Source of the DNA: an uncultured Oscillospiraceae bacterium
Lineage (GTDB): Bacteria > Bacillota > Clostridia > Oscillospirales > Ruminococcaceae
DNA length: 64,000 bases
Direction: 5' to 3'
NCBI GenBank assembly: GCA_964370845.1
Contig: CAYJLB010000008.1
Coordinates: 552-64,551, forward strand
Shown piece after piece: positions 25,734 to 35,095 of the stretch. The notes under the pieces were generated by a model that saw only the letters and a program-made list of their open reading frames with translations, made no database searches and was not told the DNA's origin. A program made the position numbers and the translations under genes. Numbering within the stretch: position 1 is the first letter of the stretch; each line of letters starts with the position of its first letter.

Positions 25734-26594
25734 CTAATTTTCATCAAATCGAACTTCAATATTCCCTATATTTGAGAATAAATCTAATTTATATTTTGAA
25801 TTTTCTCCGTCGAAAGAGCCTTCTTTATCACCGTCAATTCGACCACTACCCAAATCTGTATTTATTTCAACATTAAAATCTTCTTTATCTGAATTTAATC
25901 TTAAATCAACATTTCCAATATTAGTTTCCATATAAAAATCCCCGAAAATTTCTCCTTCAAAGTCCACGTTTCCAATGTCATTTTTTATTTCTCCGTCAAA
26001 AAAAGTACAGTCTTCAACTTCAATTTCCCCTACATTTGACTTTAAATCCACATCTTCCGCCTCAACATTTTTTATGTCAATGTTGCTTAAATCAGTGTTA
26101 ACTTCAAGGGATTCAAGTTCAAATCCACTCACAACAACTTCTCCAACGTTATTTTTAACCTCAATTGAGCTAATTTCTTGCTCTTTTGGTATGTAAATTT
26201 TAACTTTTATACTTTCACTAAAGCTTTCACCAATTGAAATAAAAGGACCTACATCAAATGACCAATTGAACAACTTTCCACCAAGGACTGGAAGGGTTTG
26301 ATTTATAACAATAAAATTTTCTCCACTTGAAATTTCTAAAGTATCAACAACGGAGTTTTCTACTTCAATATAAAAATCATCGGATTGAATTATTTCAACA
26401 GCCCCTGCTTCTATGTCTATGTTTAATTTAATTTCTTCATTTGTTTTTTGGAGATTGTATTGAAAATCTTCCCTATCATAAAATCCGCCTATTTCAATCC
26501 CGTTTATCATAGCGTAAAATAATGCAACTAAAGCAATAACTAAACCTACTAAAATGGTTATTATTGCGCCTAAAATCTTCTTGCCCTCTTTCAT
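25734..26594 (-). CDS. membrane-anchored DUF4097-like beta-repeat protein
   Basis: One N-terminal TM, then repeated NVGEVVV, LSNIDI, NVGEIEV, DIGNVDF, NIGNVDL, NIGNIEV strands. Confidence 0.65.
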   Translation of the reverse strand: MKEGKKILGAIITILVGLVIALVALFYAMINGIEIGGFYDREDFQYNLQKTNEEIKLNIDIEAGAVEIIQSDDFYIEVENSVVDTLEISSGENFIVINQTLPVLGGKLFNWSFDVGPFISIGESFSESIKVKIYIPKEQEISSIEVKNNVGEVVVSGFELESLEVNTDLSNIDIKNVEAEDVDLKSNVGEIEVEDCTFFDGEIKNDIGNVDFEGEIFGDFYMETNIGNVDLRLNSDKEDFNVEINTDLGSGRIDGDKEGSFDGENSKYKLDLFSNIGNIEVRFDEN

Positions 26595-26608
26595 AAAAAC
26601 ATTCCTTT

Positions 26609-27367
26609 CTAGCTTAATATACCTGATTTTCTAAGTAGTGTAACAGGAGCTGTAATTGCTGCTGCACCAAATTTAAATATATATTTTGCAAAAATACATA
26701 ATAGGTTAGCAATACCAAAGAACATAATTGTCAGCCCGATTAAAATTATTCCCACAACTAAATTTGATGGAATAACCATTATAGTTGTCACCAAAAGGGC
26801 AATTGGAAGTATAATAAAAACCGCTAAAACTGCCACTGTTGCCACAAAAAGCGTAATAACAACTCCAAAGTATGTAGCAAGGACTGAAAGCCAAATTGGA
26901 AAGGTTAAAACTAATATAATCACTAAAACCAAATTAGCTTCGGGACTTCTTTTTCCTTTGTTTTTAGGGCTTTTGATAGGGTTTACACGTTCATTTCTTG
27001 TGTAATTCACACGCTCAAACTTTTCTTCTGCTGCTGAATTTTCTACAGTTTCAGATTCTACACGTTGGAATTTTTCTTCCTCAACCTCAACTTTTTCAGC
27101 AGTTTTTTCCTCCTCAAAAAAAGTATTTTGGGAAGAAATTTTTCCCGACGAAATCATATATCCACTAGAAGTAATAATACTTTCAGCGATTTCAATAGGG
27201 TCCCCAAGGCTTTTCACGACCTCTTTTTCATTTTCAATTCCCGCATCATCGAATATTTCGTTATAATAAGAAAGTGCCTCTTTTTTCTCGTCATAAGGCA
27301 AAGGGTCAATTCTTCTTGCAACTATATCCATAAACTCCGCTCTTGTTAAATTTGTAAACTTATTCAT
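26609..27367 (-). CDS. DUF1700-domain membrane protein
   Basis: N-terminus MNKFTNLTRAEFMDIVARRIDPLPYDEKKEALSYYNEIFDD is typical of DUF1700. C-terminal multi-TM region. Start ATG 27367 lies 4 nt after the PadR stop, behind GAGGGGGAG. Confidence 0.7.
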   Translation of the reverse strand: MNKFTNLTRAEFMDIVARRIDPLPYDEKKEALSYYNEIFDDAGIENEKEVVKSLGDPIEIAESIITSSGYMISSGKISSQNTFFEEEKTAEKVEVEEEKFQRVESETVENSAAEEKFERVNYTRNERVNPIKSPKNKGKRSPEANLVLVIILVLTFPIWLSVLATYFGVVITLFVATVAVLAVFIILPIALLVTTIMVIPSNLVVGIILIGLTIMFFGIANLLCIFAKYIFKFGAAAITAPVTLLRKSGILS

Positions 27368-27371
27368 AACT

Positions 27372-27704
27372 TTATTTCTCCCCCTCATCAAATTTATCAA
27401 ATAATATTTTCTCTATGCTTTTGCGATAACTTACCCATTCGTCTTTGTTGAGTTCCAAAGTTTCCCGACCTTTGTTTGTAATTCTGTAATATCGCCTGTT
27501 CCGACCCATAAACTCTTTATCATAAGTTTCAAGGCAATTATTTTTCTGCAATCGTCTTAGCACAGGATAAAGAGTTGACTCTGATATTTCCATAGCATCT
27601 TTAACTTCTTGAGTTATTTTATAGCCATATGTATCTTCTTTTTTCACAATTGCAAGGACTAATGAATCTAAAAGGGTTGAACTTGTTGAAAAAGCCATAA
27701 GCAA
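27372..27704 (-). CDS. PadR family transcriptional regulator
   Basis: 110 aa winged-helix protein, ..DTYGYKITQEV....STLYPVLRRLQKNNCLE.. motif. Confidence 0.9.
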   Translation of the reverse strand: MLMAFSTSSTLLDSLVLAIVKKEDTYGYKITQEVKDAMEISESTLYPVLRRLQKNNCLETYDKEFMGRNRRYYRITNKGRETLELNKDEWVSYRKSIEKILFDKFDEGEK

Positions 27705-27749
27705 ATTTTCCTTTCTATAATATATTTATTAAAACAATATTTTTTCTTT

Positions 27750-27785
27750 AACAATATTATACATCATATAGTATTGTTTTGTCAA
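27750..27785 (-). promoter_or_regulatory. promoter of the padR operon with an embedded inverted repeat (putative PadR operator)
   Basis: Minus strand: TTGACA (27785-27780), 18 nt, TATAAT (27761-27756). The inverted repeat AACAATA(27750-27756)/TATTGTT(27772-27778) spans the spacer. Confidence 0.45.
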
Positions 27786-27920
27786 TAATTATTTTTTATT
27801 CTTTATTTTTTTAGATAAAACTGACTGCAAATTTAAAACTTCACAGTTTTCAATTATAATACTTTTACTCTTGCTCTTTTGCTTTTTATCGGGCAAGGCA
27901 AGCCTTGTACCTTGTTCATA

Positions 27921-27955
27921 ACACAAAATCCGCCTACTATAAAGCAGGCGGATTT
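27921..27955 (-). terminator. intrinsic terminator after the LacI-family gene
   Basis: Minus strand: AAATCCGCC-loop-GGCGGATTT followed by TTGTGTT. Confidence 0.65.
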
Positions 27956-27959
27956 ATTC

Positions 27960-28958
27960 CTAATTTTCTTTTTTAATTGCAGTTGACTTTCTTTCGATAA
28001 GTCTTGCGTGTAGCAATAAAGTTGCTATTGGAACTTCATTTAGTAAGCTATTTAATGCATAATAACCACTTTTCCCTATTTCAATACAATCCTGTCGTAT
28101 TGTTGTAAGGGGTGGAATTGAATATTCCGAACTGTTAATATCGTCAAACCCAAAGCAACTTATGTCCTCGGGCACTCGAATTCCCATTTCTAAACATTGC
28201 GACATTACAGCGTGTGCAAGCAAGTCGTGACTACAAACTATTGCTGTTACACCCTTTTCAATAAGTCTAGGAAGGTGTTTAAACACACATTCTGACACAA
28301 AATACGCATCGCCATAAAGCTCTTTTTCAAACTTTATCCCGTGACGTTTTAATGCAAATTTAAAGCCTTCATAACGTTCTTTTGTATAATAAGCACCTAA
28401 AAGTCCGCTTAAATAGGCAATTTTCTTGTGCCCTAAATCGCATAGATGTTTAATAGCAATTTCCATTCCCTCTTTGCTGTCAACACCAACACTTGTAACA
28501 TTAGGATTTCCAATTGAAGTATTATCATATAAAACTGAAGGAGTTTTGCAAGTTGCAAACTGCTTTGTCCACTCATCATGCAAAGAAAAACCTAGAACAA
28601 AACCGCCAATATAATCATTCCCCATCATAAAAACATCGTAATTCGCACTTTTCATCATCTTTTCATCTACTTCAATTATATCGACTTTATAAGAAGCTTG
28701 TTCAGCCATTTGACGGAAGCCTAAAATCAAATCATAACCAAAATCAGCTTTTTCAGAATACTCCATATTTCTTATCAAAATAGCAATTTTGCCTTTTTCC
28801 ATATTTTTACGGTCGAACTTTTTATAACCCATTTCTATTGCTGTTTCTATTACTCGTTTTCGTGTTAATTCACTAATGTCATCAGCTCCATTTAAAGCCT
28901 TCGATACTGTACTTTTTGTTACATTTAATTCTTGAGCTATGTCTTGAATTCTTACCAT
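27960..28958 (-). CDS. LacI family transcriptional regulator
   Basis: N-terminal HTH MVRIQDIAQELNVTKSTVSKALNG plus a periplasmic-binding-fold core. Adjacent to the pullulanase/maltodextrin locus. Confidence 0.92.
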   Translation of the reverse strand: MVRIQDIAQELNVTKSTVSKALNGADDISELTRKRVIETAIEMGYKKFDRKNMEKGKIAILIRNMEYSEKADFGYDLILGFRQMAEQASYKVDIIEVDEKMMKSANYDVFMMGNDYIGGFVLGFSLHDEWTKQFATCKTPSVLYDNTSIGNPNVTSVGVDSKEGMEIAIKHLCDLGHKKIAYLSGLLGAYYTKERYEGFKFALKRHGIKFEKELYGDAYFVSECVFKHLPRLIEKGVTAIVCSHDLLAHAVMSQCLEMGIRVPEDISCFGFDDINSSEYSIPPLTTIRQDCIEIGKSGYYALNSLLNEVPIATLLLHARLIERKSTAIKKEN

Positions 28959-29071
28959 AACTATGAAACTCCTTTCTTGCTATTTCTAAATTTGTAATTA
29001 TTTTGTGTTTTTAACAGATGACCACAGGTTACTCCTACAGCAAAATTAGACTTTTTTGCTCTGTTTGGTGT

Positions 29072-29096
29072 GGGAATGGATGCAACGTCACGTTGC
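29072..29096 (+). repeat. short copy of the repeat-family terminus (gggaatggatGCAACGTCACGTTGC)
   Basis: The 24 nt tggatgcaacgtcacgttgc and flanks match 39803-39822 and the reverse complement of 21638-21660. It overlaps the pullulanase stop codon. Confidence 0.75.
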
Positions 29097-31013
29097 AAAA
29101 ATTATCCCTGTGCTGCCAGCCATTTTAAATTCGCTATTTATAAAAACTTCTTCGCTAACAAATTTTTCTCCGTCAAGTAGAATTTTCCATTCCCCTTTTG
29201 GAAGTTTAATAGTTTTCTTTACAAAGTTTGGATTATAAGCAACAAATATCTTTCTTTCGCCATCGTTTATAATAAAGCTTACAATATTACTGTCTTTTTG
29301 CTTAATAAACTCGAAGTGGGAAGATATTTCAATATTTTTGTCGCTTAATATTGTAACAGATTTTCTAAATTTAATCAAGTTTTTATAAAATTCAACTAAA
29401 TCGCTGTTTTCCTCCGCCCTAGTCCAGTCAAGCATATTTAATTTTGGTGAAGATTTATAGCTGTCCCCTTCCCCTTTTTTGGTTCTTGCAAATTCTTCAC
29501 CCGCTTGGAAGAAAATTCCTCCCCCACAAGTAAAGTAAATAGTTGCACAAAACTTATTAAGCTGAAGTATTTCTTTGCTTATTTCCTCAAAATCCACATT
29601 GTCGCTCATTGACATTGCAAGTTTGTCATATAAAGTGAAATTATCGTGGGCAGGAACATAGCTTATAATTTGTTTAGCTTTTCGCACGTCAACTTTATCG
29701 CTATCACACCAAGCGGTTACAGCGGATTTTATTTCAGTAGAAAGGTCTTGTTTACCATTTACATAACCGCAAACTTCCTCATAAAAAACGCTTCCCTTAA
29801 TCGCATCTCGTGTATCATCAGAGAAAATTGCAATATTTGTGTCAAGCATATCAATGTTATCTTTTGTGGCTGGAACTGCACCCTTTGCCATAGCTGGAGT
29901 GTCCGCAAACCAAGGCTCTCCATACATTAAAATTGACTTTCCATTAGGAAGTTTGTCCAATTCCTCACGAATTAAATTCATTGTTACAGTGTCGTGAAGC
30001 CCCATTAAATCAAATCTAAAGCCATCTAAATGATATTCTTTTGCCCAATACAAAACTGAATCCACCATAAATTTTCTAAACATAAATCTCTCACTTGCAG
30101 TTTCATTTCCACAAGCTGAACCATTTGAAAATTCTCCGTCTTTAGTTCTGTGATAATAATAAGGAACTGTATGGTGGAAGTTTGAAGCAACGTCATAAGT
30201 GTGGTTATAAACCACGTCCATAATTACTCCAATATTCGCATCATGCAAAGCTTTTACCATTTGTTTAAGCTCATTAATTCGCACATTTCCGTCCTTTGGA
30301 TTACTTGAATAAGACCCTTCAGGAACGTTATAGTTTACAGGGTCATAACCCCAGTTAAATTGTTTACCATCGCCATTTTCGTCAACACTTCCAAAATCAT
30401 ACATAGGTAAAATATGAACATGGGTTACACCTAAATCTTTTAGGTAATTCATACAAGTATTTTTCCCTGTATTTTCTGTGAAAGCAAGATATTTTCCACG
30501 ATTTTCTTTACTTATCCCACTATTTTTGTCATAGGAAAAATCTTTAATATGAAGTTCGTAAATAATTGGTTGTAAATTGCTGTCATAAGAAAAATTGTCT
30601 TTGTCCCAGTCTTTTGGATTAGTTTTTTCAAGGTCAACAACCATACCTTTTCTTCCGTTTACACCACAAGCTTTTGCATAAATATCCACAACTTCAAAAG
30701 TTTTACCCATTGAAGTTACCGAATAGGTATAATAAAAATCAGTTAAATCCTTATCGCTTTCGAAAAAGTAAACGCCATTCTCCCCTTTTTCCATTTTATA
30801 AGAAGTTATAGCTTTTTCATTAGGATGTCCATTTTTAAAAAGGTTTAATTTTATTTCCTTTGCTACAGGTGACCAAACTTTAAAAGTTGTGCCATTTTTG
30901 TGCAAAGTTACACCTAAATCCTTGCCTTCATATTTAAATTGTTCCTCAAAAGAATGAGAATCGTAAAATTTTATTAGTTCATTTTTCTCCATACTAACAA
31001 ATAGTCCTTTCAT
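29088..31013 (-). CDS. pulA: type I pullulanase (GH13)
   Basis: GH13 regions DGFRFDLMGLHD, LMYGEPW and ISYVPAHDNFTL, with an N-terminal CBM48-like segment. The start is possibly the second ATG (MEKNELIKFYD). Confidence 0.88.
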   Translation of the reverse strand: MKGLFVSMEKNELIKFYDSHSFEEQFKYEGKDLGVTLHKNGTTFKVWSPVAKEIKLNLFKNGHPNEKAITSYKMEKGENGVYFFESDKDLTDFYYTYSVTSMGKTFEVVDIYAKACGVNGRKGMVVDLEKTNPKDWDKDNFSYDSNLQPIIYELHIKDFSYDKNSGISKENRGKYLAFTENTGKNTCMNYLKDLGVTHVHILPMYDFGSVDENGDGKQFNWGYDPVNYNVPEGSYSSNPKDGNVRINELKQMVKALHDANIGVIMDVVYNHTYDVASNFHHTVPYYYHRTKDGEFSNGSACGNETASERFMFRKFMVDSVLYWAKEYHLDGFRFDLMGLHDTVTMNLIREELDKLPNGKSILMYGEPWFADTPAMAKGAVPATKDNIDMLDTNIAIFSDDTRDAIKGSVFYEEVCGYVNGKQDLSTEIKSAVTAWCDSDKVDVRKAKQIISYVPAHDNFTLYDKLAMSMSDNVDFEEISKEILQLNKFCATIYFTCGGGIFFQAGEEFARTKKGEGDSYKSSPKLNMLDWTRAEENSDLVEFYKNLIKFRKSVTILSDKNIEISSHFEFIKQKDSNIVSFIINDGERKIFVAYNPNFVKKTIKLPKGEWKILLDGEKFVSEEVFINSEFKMAGSTGIIFAT

Positions 31014-31105
31014 ACTAGGTTTTTTCTAAAATAAAGGAGTGCGACGAAACTGTTATAAATTTCGCACACTCCTTAAAGTCATATTAATTTTGTGCAAAGT
31101 TTCCT

Positions 31106-31954
31106 TTAGCCTTTAACAGCTCCACCAGCACTTTGAACATAAAATCTTTGAGTTAAAATAAATAGAATTGCGATTGGAATAGAGATTATGATACAGCCTG
31201 CATAGAATTGTGTAAAGTAAGTTTCAATATATTCTTTTTCAAGCATTTGCCATAGACCTATTGCAATTGTATAATATTCCACGTCGTTTCCAAGGATAAC
31301 TTTTGCAAAGATAAAATCTACCCAAGGTCCCATAAAAGCTGTCAAAGATGTATAAACAATCATTGGTTTTGAAAGTGGAAGAATTATTTTAACAAATACT
31401 TGCCACTTAGTAGCACCGTCCATAAACGCCGCTTCGTCGATAGCTTTTGGAATAGTGTCAAAGAAACCTTTTACGATATAAAATCCAAGTCCCGCTCCCC
31501 CTGAATATACAAGGATTAAAGCTAGATGTTTAAGCTCACCTGTTTCAAGAAGACCTGCACCTTTAAGAATGTAATACACCGCAATCATTGACATAAATCC
31601 AGGGAACATTCCCAAAATCAATGCACCGTTTAAGAATTTCTTTCTAGTTTTAAATTTTTGTCTTGACATAATAAATGAAACTGAAAGAACAAAGAAAGTT
31701 GCAATAATACATGTAAAAATTGCGATAACTAATGTGTTCATAAACCATTTTGGGAAGTCGATTAATGAACCGCTTTCAAATAAGCCAATATAGTTATCAA
31801 AAGTGATTTCTTTAGGAATAATGTAACTCAAATAACTTCCAGGTTCCCCTCTTAAAGAAGTTAGAATTACATAAATAATTGGAAGTATCCAAATTATACT
31901 TAAAATACCAAGTATAATATGAACAATAGTATTGGTTATTTTCTTTCTGCTCAT
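31106..31954 (-). CDS. carbohydrate ABC transporter permease (MalG-like)
   Basis: EAA loop DEAAFMDGATKWQVFVKIILP, 6 TM. Confidence 0.9.
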   Translation of the reverse strand: MSRKKITNTIVHIILGILSIIWILPIIYVILTSLRGEPGSYLSYIIPKEITFDNYIGLFESGSLIDFPKWFMNTLVIAIFTCIIATFFVLSVSFIMSRQKFKTRKKFLNGALILGMFPGFMSMIAVYYILKGAGLLETGELKHLALILVYSGGAGLGFYIVKGFFDTIPKAIDEAAFMDGATKWQVFVKIILPLSKPMIVYTSLTAFMGPWVDFIFAKVILGNDVEYYTIAIGLWQMLEKEYIETYFTQFYAGCIIISIPIAILFILTQRFYVQSAGGAVKG

Positions 31955-33336
31955 TATTGGAACCCTCCTTCATTTTTATATGCTGAGGTTCTTCTGTATG
32001 CAATTAAGCTTAGTACAGCGGAGATAATAAATATCATAATACCGATTACAGAACCCATTTTGTAGTCACGCTCATTTATTGTCAGCTTATAAAGCCATGT
32101 AACAAGCAAGTCCGTTTCCCCAGCGTAGTAGTAGTCAATTCTGTCTGGGCCTCCTCCTGTTAATAGGAAGATTACGTTAAAGTTGTTTAGATTTCCAATA
32201 AATGTTGTAATTAGAACTGGACCAGTCACAAAAAGCATATATGGAAGTGTGATTTTGAAGAATTTTACAACAGCACTTGCACCCTCAACGTCAGCAGCTT
32301 CATATAAATGTACAGGAATATTTTGTAGTACACCTGTGTGATTTAACATTGTGAAAGGAACACCAATCCAAATATTTATAATAATTACCATTATTTTCGC
32401 AGTTAATCCATCTTGCCAGAAAGGAATGAACGCAGTAGGATCAATTAATCCCCATTCTCTTAACAAAACGTTTACAGGACCATTTTGGCTAAATATTGTT
32501 CTCATAGAAAGTAGCGATACAAAGCTTGGAATTGCTATTGAAAGCATAAAATTAAATCTCCAAAAAGCTTTTAACTTAGTATCTCTTCTATTAATAACAA
32601 GAGCTAAAATCATACCTAGGAAATAGTTTGAGAAAGTTGCAAAAAATGCCCAAACAAGTGACCAAATTGCAACAGGTAGGAATGTTGTACCAATTCCCGC
32701 TCCACCAATATTAAGAATATTAGTGAAGTTATCAAGTCCTACCCAATCGAAAAGATTTCCCGGTGGTAGGTGGTTTTTGTCATAGTTAGTAAATGCGATA
32801 AAAATCATAAATACTAACGGAACAATTGTAAATGCTAAAATACCAACAATAGGTGGTGCTAATAATAAAACGTGAATTTTTTCATCTAAAAGTGATTTTA
32901 AATCCTTAACAAAAGATGTTGGGTTTTTGCCGTTTTTCACCAGTTGTTCAGTTTCAAAAGCACTTTTAATTGAAGCTATTGCAAAAATCACAAAACCTAG
33001 TGTAACAAAAAGTGTAACTACCCCATAAAGTAGGGCAAGCATTGAGTTGTCACCTAAAACATACTCATAAATCCCTAAATCTTCATTATAAACTTCTTCT
33101 TGAACTTTTGTTCCAAGAGTGATGAAGTTTGTGATTGAAGAAATACCGAAAGTTGCCATATAAAGGAAATAAACTACTTCTATTGCTAGAAATAACAAAC
33201 CTTTAATAATTTGCTTATTTACTAAATTCCCAAGCCCAAAAAATATCAATGATAATTTGGTAATGACACTGCCTTGCGACAGTGCCATTCCAACGTTATA
33301 ATCATCGAAAGGGACATTTGATATTATTTTTTTCAT
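31954..33336 (-). CDS. carbohydrate ABC transporter permease (MalF-like, long N-terminus)
   Basis: EAA loop EAADVEGASAVVKFFKITLP, 460 aa with extra N-terminal TMs as in MalF. Confidence 0.9.
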   Translation of the reverse strand: MKKIISNVPFDDYNVGMALSQGSVITKLSLIFFGLGNLVNKQIIKGLLFLAIEVVYFLYMATFGISSITNFITLGTKVQEEVYNEDLGIYEYVLGDNSMLALLYGVVTLFVTLGFVIFAIASIKSAFETEQLVKNGKNPTSFVKDLKSLLDEKIHVLLLAPPIVGILAFTIVPLVFMIFIAFTNYDKNHLPPGNLFDWVGLDNFTNILNIGGAGIGTTFLPVAIWSLVWAFFATFSNYFLGMILALVINRRDTKLKAFWRFNFMLSIAIPSFVSLLSMRTIFSQNGPVNVLLREWGLIDPTAFIPFWQDGLTAKIMVIIINIWIGVPFTMLNHTGVLQNIPVHLYEAADVEGASAVVKFFKITLPYMLFVTGPVLITTFIGNLNNFNVIFLLTGGGPDRIDYYYAGETDLLVTWLYKLTINERDYKMGSVIGIMIFIISAVLSLIAYRRTSAYKNEGGFQ

Positions 33337-33373
33337 AATGTTCCTCTCCCTAAAATTTAATTTCTTTTATAAA

Positions 33374-34675
33374 TTATTCAACTATAAAGTTTGCAACAAA
33401 TGTGTCTAACTTTTCTTGTGCATTGTCTTTTGTTAGTTCGCCACTTGTGATTTCAGTGAATAATGAAGTTGCATTTGACCAATATTTAGCTGAGAAATTT
33501 GAGTTTGCTGGTTGTACAACGATAGCTTTTTCAACCATTCCAACGATTGCTGCTGCAACTGGGTCAGCTTGTACTGCTGCATCTTGAGCTGCGTTGATGT
33601 TTGCAGGAATTTGTCCTGATTCAACGTATCTCTTTAGTTGGTTTTCTTCATTACCAATAAATGCAGCAAATTCAATTGCAACTGGTAGATTTTTTGATTG
33701 AGCGTTTACACCGATAGCTTTTGAGCCATAGAATGCTTTAAGTTGTGTGTCAGTCCCGTTTACATTAAATGTTGGGATAACACCAAGACCTAAATCGTCG
33801 CCTAGAATATCAAGGTACATTTGGTGGTTCCAAGAACCGTCAAACCATACACCTAATTCGTGGTTAGTGATTTTTTCTGAAACGTTAATTCCTGAATCAA
33901 AAGCAACTTTTGGGTTGTTTCTTAGGTCGATTAGGTAGTTTGTAACAGCAAGACCAGTTTCGTTGTTCCAGTCACATCCAGCTGCATAATCTGAACCTGA
34001 AGCACCAAAAACTTGGTTGCCAGCTCCGTAGTAGTAAGCTCCACCTTTCCAGCCACCAGCTGAATCAAATTGGAAGTTAATAACGTTTTCAGGAGTTTCT
34101 TTATTAATGATAGTTTCTAATGATTTAACATCTTCTTCAGTCATAAGAGTTTTGTCATAGTACATATAGTAAGTATTGTGAGTGAAAGGAATACCATATA
34201 CAGCACCATCTTCTGGGTCAGTTACTGTGTTAATAACAGTTTGTTCAATTGAAGATTCAATCATTTCAAGAGTTGAACCACCAAGTCTTGCAATTGCACC
34301 AGCATCAGCAAGTTCCATTGCACCGTCACCAACAAAGAAGAACACGTCAGCAGCTGCTCCAACGTCTTTTAGAATTTCTGCATTAATAACGTCTTCACCA
34401 ACAACTTCATAGACAAATTCGATGTTATATTCTGGGTGAAGTTCTTGGAAAGCTTCTCCCATTGATTCGATTGTACCATTTGTGTGTTGGTTTTCAGGAG
34501 TCCAAACTTTTAAAGTAACGTCTTGTACTTCTCCGCCCCCTGCAGCAGTAGTTTCGCCAGCATTAGTTGCAGCAGGTGTAGTAGTATCACCTGAACCACT
34601 ATCACTTGTACAACCAGCCATTAAACCTGTCATAACTGTAGTAGCTAATAGAGCCGCTAAAATTCTTTTTTTCAT
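33374..34675 (-). CDS. maltodextrin-type ABC transporter substrate-binding lipoprotein
   Basis: Lipobox LMAGC, family-1 SBP size (433 aa). First gene of the operon that ends with the pullulanase. Confidence 0.85.
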   Translation of the reverse strand: MKKRILAALLATTVMTGLMAGCTSDSGSGDTTTPAATNAGETTAAGGGEVQDVTLKVWTPENQHTNGTIESMGEAFQELHPEYNIEFVYEVVGEDVINAEILKDVGAAADVFFFVGDGAMELADAGAIARLGGSTLEMIESSIEQTVINTVTDPEDGAVYGIPFTHNTYYMYYDKTLMTEEDVKSLETIINKETPENVINFQFDSAGGWKGGAYYYGAGNQVFGASGSDYAAGCDWNNETGLAVTNYLIDLRNNPKVAFDSGINVSEKITNHELGVWFDGSWNHQMYLDILGDDLGLGVIPTFNVNGTDTQLKAFYGSKAIGVNAQSKNLPVAIEFAAFIGNEENQLKRYVESGQIPANINAAQDAAVQADPVAAAIVGMVEKAIVVQPANSNFSAKYWSNATSLFTEITSGELTKDNAQEKLDTFVANFIVE

Positions 34676-35040
34676 TTTTTCTTTCTCCTTTTTAAATAAA
34701 AATTTTTCATTTAATTATCTAAACTTTATATTAATTTCGTAAAGTTTAGTATAAATTGATTATATATGTTAAGACTGTGAAAGTCAAGTGAAATGATAAA
34801 TTCATTTCAAAGTTTATTGTGTTTCAACTAATTTTGTGAGTAAAAACTGTACAATTTGAACAATTAAATGCTGTTTTTTCCACTATTTAAAGAATAGATT
34901 TATATTTAGTCAATAAACACATCTGATAAAAATGTTAAGTTTTTATGTCTATTTTGCTACGAAAATCTTAATTTTTGTCGTAATTACGAAACCCTACGAA
35001 ATTTTTATTAATTAATTATGTTATCACAATAAAATAATAC

Positions 35041-35087
35041 AAAAAACCCCTTTTAACATAAACTTGTTTTAGTATATGTTAAAAGGG
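35041..35087 (-). terminator. intrinsic terminator after mtlD
   Basis: Minus strand: CCCTTTTAACAT-loop-ATGTTAAAAGGGG followed by TTTTTT. Confidence 0.75.
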
Positions 35088-35095
35088 ACTAATTA

